DNA of 38,221 nucleotides from a virus (Duplodnaviria; Heunggongvirae; Uroviricota; Caudoviricetes): IMG/VR virus record IMGVR_UViG_2585427971_000006; one strand, 5' to 3'. Shown piece by piece: positions 32,817 to 38,221 of this stretch (position 1 is its first letter; each line of letters starts with the position of its first letter). The notes under the pieces were generated by a model. It saw only the letters and a program-made list of their open reading frames with translations, ran no database searches and was not told where the DNA came from. The position numbers and the translations under genes were made by a program.

Positions 32817-35194
32817 ATGGCAGCAGTAAAAATCTCAGGTGTGCTGAAAGATGGTGCGGGAAAACCAATACAGAACTGCACTATTCAACTGAAGGCAAAG
32901 CGTAACAGCACCACGGTACTGGTGAACACGGTGGCTTCTGAAAATCCGGATGAAGCCGGACGTTACAGCATGGATGTTGAGCATGGTCAGTACAGCGTCA
33001 CCCTGCTGGTTGAAGGTTTTCCGCCTTCACATGCCGGGACCATTACCGTCTATGAAGGTTCCAGACCAGGTACGCTGAATGATTTTCTCGGTGCCATGAC
33101 GGAGGATGATGTCCGACCGGAGGCACTGCGCCGCTTTGAGCAGATGGTGGAAGAAGCGGCACGCAACGCTGAAGCCGCCTCTCAGAGCGCAGCGGCGGCA
33201 AAGAAATCCGAAACTGCAGCGGCATCATCGAAGAACGCGGCGAAAACCTCAGAAACGAATGCAGCTAACAGCGCACAGGCGGCAGCGACCTCAAAGACTG
33301 CATCGGCAAACTCCGCGACAGCAGCCAAAAAATCAGAAACCAACGCGAAAAATAGCGAGACAGCCGCAAAGACGAGCGAAACCAACGCAAAGTCCAGCCA
33401 GACGGCAGCGAAAACCAGCGAAACGAATGCCAAAGCCAGTGAAACTGCGGCAAAAACAGCCAGGTTGCAGCAGCCCAAAGCGAGAGCGCGGCAGCCGGTT
33501 CTGCGACTTCAGCAGCTGGATCAGCAACTGCTGCGGCTAACAGCCGGAAAGCTGCGAAGACGAGTGAAACTAACGCAAAGTCCAGCCAGACGGCAGCGAA
33601 GACCAGCGAAACGAATGCCAAAGCCAGCGAAACTGCGGCGAAAAACAGTCAGGATGCAGCAGCCCAAAGCGAGAGTGCTGCAGCTGGTTCTGCAAGCGCG
33701 GCGGCTGCTTCTGCCACTGCATCAGCCAACAGTCAAAAAGCAGCAAAAACCAGTGAAACCAATGCAAAGACAAGCGAGACTGCAGCGGCGAACTCGGCGA
33801 AAGCATCCGCTGCAAGCCAGACCGCTGCAAAAGCAAGTGAAGACGCAGCCAGAGAGTATGCAAGCCAGGCAGCAGATCCGTATAAATATGTCTTACAGCC
33901 GCTGCCTGATGTGTGGATACCGTTTAACGATTCACTGGATATGATTACGGGCTTTTCGCCATCATATAAAAAGATTGTTATTGGTGACGACGAAATAACG
34001 ATGCCTGGCGACAAGATTGTTAAGTTTAAACGTGCATCGAAAGCAACCTATATTAACAAATCTGGTGTGCTGACAGAGGCTGCCATTGATGAGCCACGAT
34101 TTGAACGTGATGGCCTGCTTATTGAGGGGCAAAGAACTAATCTTCTGCTTAATTCAACAAATCCATCTAAATGGAATAAGTCAGGCAATCTGGAACTCAC
34201 AGAAATATCCACGGATTCTTTTAATTTTACTTATGGGAGATTTACTGTAAAAGATACTCTTATTGGTCAGACAAGTGCTATTAATATCGTAACGATTTCT
34301 GGCAGTAAAGGGTTTGATGTCACAGGTGATGAAAAATATGTGACCATTTCATGCCGTGTAAGAAGTGATGTTGAAAATATAAGGTGTCGTTTAAGATTTG
34401 AACACCATGATGGTTATACTTACACTTTTTTGGGAGATGCTTACCTCAATTTATCAACACTTGTAATTGATAAAACTGGTACTGCTGCAGACCGTATTAT
34501 TGCAAAGGCTGTAAAAGATGAGGTTACTGGTTGGATTTTCTATCAGGCTACAATTAATGCACTAGATACAGAGAGCATGATTGGTGCGATGGTTCAATAC
34601 GCTCCTGTAAAAGGTTCAGGTACAGCATCTGGAGACTATCTGGATATCGCAACTCCACAAGTGGAAGGTGGATCAAGTGCTTCGTCATTTATTGTAACTG
34701 ATATAACTGCAAGCACTCGCGCAAGCGATATGGTGACAGTCCCAATCAAGAATAACCTTTATAATCTTCCTTTTACGGTTCTTTGTGAGGTACATAAGAA
34801 CTGGTATAAAACGCCAAATGCAGCACCGCGTGTTTTTGATACCGGCGGTCATCAAACCGGAGCGGCTATTATTCTTGGCTTCGGTCGTTCAACAGATTAC
34901 GACGGATTTCCTTATTGTGATATAGGTTTGGCTAACAGACGGGTAAACGAAAACGCATCGCTTGAAAAAATGGTTATGGGGATGCGTGTAAAGTCAGATC
35001 AGTCTACGTGCTCAGTAAGTAACGGGCGTATATCCAGCGAAAAGAAAGCCACATGGTCCTATATTCAGAACTCCGCAATTATCCGTATTGGAGGCCAGAC
35101 TACAGCCGGGTTGCGTCATTTATTTGGTCATGTCAGGAATTTCAGAATATGGCACAAGGCATTGACTGATGCTCAGATGGGGGAGTCAATCTAA
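32817..35194 (+). pseudogene. side tail fibre (stf-like) interrupted by a 1-nt frame change in an A-run inside a tandem repeat; C-terminal LamG-like domain
   Basis: N-terminus MAAVKISGVLKDGAGKPIQNCTIQLKAKRNSTTVLVNTV matches lambda Stf from memory; frame 0 is fibre-like to about 33455 and then becomes Arg/Gln-rich nonsense, while frame 2 is open from 33443 to 35194 and continues the KTSETNAK repeats (codon-by-codon check, no stops); second repeat copy has one more A at the equivalent position. Confidence 0.6.
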
Positions 35195-35475
35195 TGAAAG
35201 ATTTAACACTCAAATTTGCAGACAGGGCCGACTTTTCGGCCTTTATGGATAGCATTGGCTATTATGATGACGAGTCGATGCAGGATGATATTCTTATTGA
35301 CGTGATAGGTAACGTGTACAAAGAAACCGGAGAACTGACTGAAGATGGCGAACCGGTATGTGTTAAGGAAGATGGATATTATGTAAACGTGCGCATCATT
35401 AATGATGCAAAAAAATCGTCAATATTCGATGAATACGCGGTTGTAGTTGAACATCAACTTCGTGGCTGGATGTGA
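35194..35475 (+). CDS. small acidic protein (93 aa) after the fibre gene
   Basis: Track ORF; start overlaps the stf stop (TAATG); no family recognised. Confidence 0.5.
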   Translation: MKDLTLKFADRADFSAFMDSIGYYDDESMQDDILIDVIGNVYKETGELTEDGEPVCVKEDGYYVNVRIINDAKKSSIFDEYAVVVEHQLRGWM

Positions 35476-35484
35476 GGGAGACAA

Positions 35485-36189
35485 ATGGCTACATCGACAG
35501 TAATTCCAGGAGACATCACCACGTTAAAGGGAGATGTCAGTAAAGCCAAGGAAGATATTTCCTCAATTAACGGAAAAGTATCAACGCTTCAGGCTGATAT
35601 GACCAGTGCAAAGCAGGATATCAGCACCAGATACACAAAAACTGAAGTTGATAATAAGCTGAAAAACAAACTGGAAGTGAACGCTCTGGAAAGCGGTCGT
35701 TATGGTGGAGATTTTTACCCGTTGACTGGCCGTGAAGCGTTTTATTTGTGGGGATTGGGCACGACTACAGCGGCGGCAAACCTTTATCTTAATCCTGACC
35801 CCGCAATTTCGTCTGTGCTGCGGTCAACATCGTCTATCCGCTATAAACATTCAGTAGAGACAATAGATTCAGAGCACGCCGATCTCATTTTCAGGATGCG
35901 CCCTGTGTGGTACAGGTCACAATGCGAAAATGACAGGCGTGACTGGGGATTCTACGGATTGATTGCCGAGGAAGTAGGAGAAATTGCCCCTCAGTTTGTA
36001 CACTGGCGACCAGCTAACGAAGATGATGCACCGGAAGCTATTTCCAGCAATGGCCTTGTTGCCGAAGGTGTAATGTACGAACGTCTGGTTGTTCCACTGA
36101 TTCACCATATCCAGAAGCTGACTGAAAGAGTTGATGAACTTGAGTCAGAATTAAAGTTGTTATCCGTTTCCCGAAGCGATATCGGATAA
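35485..36189 (+). CDS. short tail-fibre-like protein with C-terminal intramolecular chaperone (peptidase S74-like) domain (234 aa)
   Basis: GAGGGAG RBS; N-terminal coiled-coil heptads; C-terminal SSIRYKHSVETIDSEHADLIFRMRPVWYRSQ...GLIAEEVGEIAPQFV...GVMYERLVVPLIHHIQKL fits the endosialidase-chaperone pattern from memory. Confidence 0.6.
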   Translation: MATSTVIPGDITTLKGDVSKAKEDISSINGKVSTLQADMTSAKQDISTRYTKTEVDNKLKNKLEVNALESGRYGGDFYPLTGREAFYLWGLGTTTAAANLYLNPDPAISSVLRSTSSIRYKHSVETIDSEHADLIFRMRPVWYRSQCENDRRDWGFYGLIAEEVGEIAPQFVHWRPANEDDAPEAISSNGLVAEGVMYERLVVPLIHHIQKLTERVDELESELKLLSVSRSDIG

Positions 36190-36199
36190 AGGAGGAGTA

Positions 36200-36487
36200 A
36201 TGGATATAAGCCCCTTACTTCATGCACTTTGTGCTGTGGCTGCGCAAACACTGGTTGGTCTTTTTACCGGAAACTGGGCTTACGGAGCGATAGCCGGTTG
36301 TACGTTCTTCATTGCGCGTGAACACACCCAGGCAGAATATCGCTGGATCGAAATGTTCGGGCATGGCAAGCGAATGAATATGCCGTGGTGGGGCGGTTTT
36401 GATCCGCGCGCGTGGGATGTGACAAGCCTGATGGATTTTGCTGTGCCGGTGGTGGCGTGTCTGCTGATCTGGATGTTGATCCGTTAA
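36200..36487 (+). CDS. small membrane protein (95 aa), accessory
   Basis: AAAGGAGG RBS 4 nt before ATG; hydrophobic N- and C-terminal segments; last phage-side gene before the att site. Confidence 0.5.
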   Translation: MDISPLLHALCAVAAQTLVGLFTGNWAYGAIAGCTFFIAREHTQAEYRWIEMFGHGKRMNMPWWGGFDPRAWDVTSLMDFAVPVVACLLIWMLIR

Positions 36488-36840
36488 ATATAAAAGCCGC
36501 AGTAACTTGCCATGATAGGATACTGCGGCTGGCTGGTTAACTTTCGATAGTGCGAGTATTGAATGATTTCCAGCCGTTACTGATTTTATATAACGGCAGT
36601 GGAATTATTCAACACACAGGCAAAACACAGGCAAAACGGAATAAGCTGAGAAAAAAAGCGTGCTTTCCCAATCTGGGGCAAATCACGTCTGAATGACACC
36701 TGAAAACAGGTGGTGGACTCAAGAAGGCTTGGAATATTCTTCTTTAATGTTATGTAATTCATTGATTTTTCGTGTACGATTTTAAGACATTTATTCCAAG
36801 AAGAATTTTTAACTCTTTGATTTTTCTACTCTGTATCATC

Positions 36841-36901
36841 GGTCTCGAAAACCGGAGTAGGGGCAACTCTACCGGGGGTTCAAATCCCCCTCTCTCCGCC
36901 A
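36841..36901 (+). other. 3' fragment of a tRNA-Ser (CGA, serU-like) gene: probable prophage att core / attR
   Basis: GGTCTCGAAAACCGGAGTAGGGGCAACTCTACCGGGGGTTCAAATCCCCCTCTCTCCGCCA has anticodon loop, long variable arm, TPsiC arm and CCA but no 5' acceptor or D arm; phage genes on one side, host zinT on the other. Confidence 0.6.
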
Positions 36902-37450
36902 CTTTATCAATGACTTATCTCCCGACTTCCCGCCTTGCTTTTCCTAAACAGAACAATCGTAGGATATTCTTGAAGGGTTAGATCGTCACTGTTTTCTGTT
37001 CGATACTGTGACATTCAGCACTTGATTCGCTATGGGTCTGACAGGAAGGTTTCGAGCGAAAATCTACAGTTATTCAGTCGTTTTCTTATCGGTCACCATT
37101 ATTCTTTTAGACATTGATCCTATGAAACTGCCGCAAAGTTGCTGGCGGGAACTGAAGTTGCGTAGAGAAGGGGTCAATAATTGAGCCAAAAAAGGAACGC
37201 GGCCGTCAGATTAAAGCCGCGGGACAAAGTCCATAATTTCCAAGAGTTGTTGAATTTCCCAGCTTTTTTGAAAGCCTTTGTATCATACTAACAAGTAAAA
37301 AAGGTTTAAACACCAAAATTAACCTATATTTCTGGTTAGCTTTACCATGACAGATGACTTGCTCCTGGAGACATTTGCGCTGCCAGTCTGTATGGCTGAG
37401 TTGTGTATTTATTGTTCGCCTTTTTCTCAGTTTTTTTCTACAGACATAAT

Positions 37451-37482
37451 AAAAAAGACACGACTCAAGTATGAGCGTGTCT
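37451..37482 (-). terminator. minus-strand intrinsic terminator downstream of zinT
   Basis: On the minus strand AGACACGCTCATACTTGAGTCGTGTCT hairpin followed by TTTTTT. Confidence 0.45.
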
Positions 37483-37570
37483 GAGTTTGTCTTACTTATT
37501 TGTCTTGGTAAATTATTGTTGTTACTACCAGGCACTGTTCTGTTAAATAACTGAAGTCAGCGCAAAAAAA

Positions 37571-38221
37571 TCAATGAGACATCATCTCCTCGACCACTTC
37601 TTCGCTACTCAACTGATAGGGATAATACGTTGGCCAGTTTTCCATTTCATTCAATAAAGATTGCTGGGAATCATTACCCATAAAAATGTGAAAATGAGAT
37701 GATTTTCGTGGTGCAATTATATGATCGCTAAATTGTATATATTTAGGGGCTTTGCTTTCAGGATCTTTACATTCGAATAAGTAACGAACGCCTTTCTTGC
37801 CTGATTTATAGGTGAGTATTTTGTATCCATCGTAATCATATTTACAGGATGTTGTTTCATTATTTCTATGGAATTCGACAATGCCGTCCTCAATGCCAAT
37901 CATTTCGATATCTGTCGCATAACCTTTGCGATAATAATCTTTAATTTCAGCAAATGTTTTGGTTTTATCTGCATCCGCTTTCTTCTGAAAGACGGGGTCA
38001 AGTTTGCCACTTTGCAGTAAAGGGTAAACGGATTGCCAGACTCCATCCCAGTCACTGAGCGTTCGGTTTTGTACATTGGTATCATCAAAAACACCATTAG
38101 CAGCTTTTTGTTCGACCTCTGTTAAGGGTTTGCCGTGTGAGTGATGACCATGCGAAAAGGCAGGAGCGCTAACAATAAAGACACCTAAAGCAACAGCCAG
38201 TTTATGAAGACGAATCGCCAA
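37571..38221 (-). CDS. zinT: ZinT (YodA) periplasmic zinc/cadmium-binding protein, host gene
   Basis: 216-aa translation with signal peptide and His-rich HGHHSHGKP motif matches E. coli ZinT almost residue for residue from memory; start codon lies at the window edge. Confidence 0.9.
   Translation of the reverse strand: MAIRLHKLAVALGVFIVSAPAFSHGHHSHGKPLTEVEQKAANGVFDDTNVQNRTLSDWDGVWQSVYPLLQSGKLDPVFQKKADADKTKTFAEIKDYYRKGYATDIEMIGIEDGIVEFHRNNETTSCKYDYDGYKILTYKSGKKGVRYLFECKDPESKAPKYIQFSDHIIAPRKSSHFHIFMGNDSQQSLLNEMENWPTYYPYQLSSEEVVEEMMSH

Noticed and set aside
33043-34014. Multiple overlapping ORFs on both strands within the fibre repeat region
   Set aside because: Products of the repetitive Ala/Ser/Thr-coding DNA read in wrong frames; the fibre frame explains the region
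36772-37535. Plus ORF 36772..36981 and minus ORF 37206..37535
   Set aside because: The first overlaps the tRNA-Ser fragment; the second is AT-rich intergenic host DNA with implausible composition and no RBS
1-38221. CRISPR array, rRNA or integrase gene
   Set aside because: No regularly spaced repeats with unique spacers, no rRNA-like sequence and no tyrosine-recombinase ORF were seen; the integrase is expected at the other prophage end, outside the window

Overview
This window is the right-hand ~37 kb of a mosaic lambdoid prophage (Qin/Rac-like early region, HK97-like head, lambda-like tail) from an Escherichia-type host, running early genes on the left to late genes on the right. It ends at a probable attR (3' fragment of a serU-like tRNA-Ser, 36841-36901) followed by host DNA with zinT. 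Gene order: DicF-like sRNA and ydfC/B/A-like small ORFs (minus strand), CI-like repressor divergent from Cro/YdaS-like and YdaT-like genes, replication initiator with internal iterons, nin-like small ORFs, hok/gef-family toxin with an apparently intact regulatory leader, DUF968, RusA, Q-like antiterminator, PR'-tR', two tRNAs, an AT-rich cargo island at the position stx occupies in Stx phages, a pinholin/SAR-endolysin/Rz/Rz1 lysis cassette, bor, HNH-TerS-TerL, portal, protease, scaffold plus capsid, head-tail joining genes, tail genes (major tail, G/GT, tape measure, M, L, K, I, J), lom, an IS200-family insertion, a frameshifted side tail fibre and three small accessory genes. No CRISPR array or rRNA is present. 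I found no large multi-gene system of obviously new type; the best candidates for undescribed function are the cargo island (9060-10560) and the small genes after the tail fibre (35194-36487). All homology statements are from reading the translations and from memory, not from database searches.
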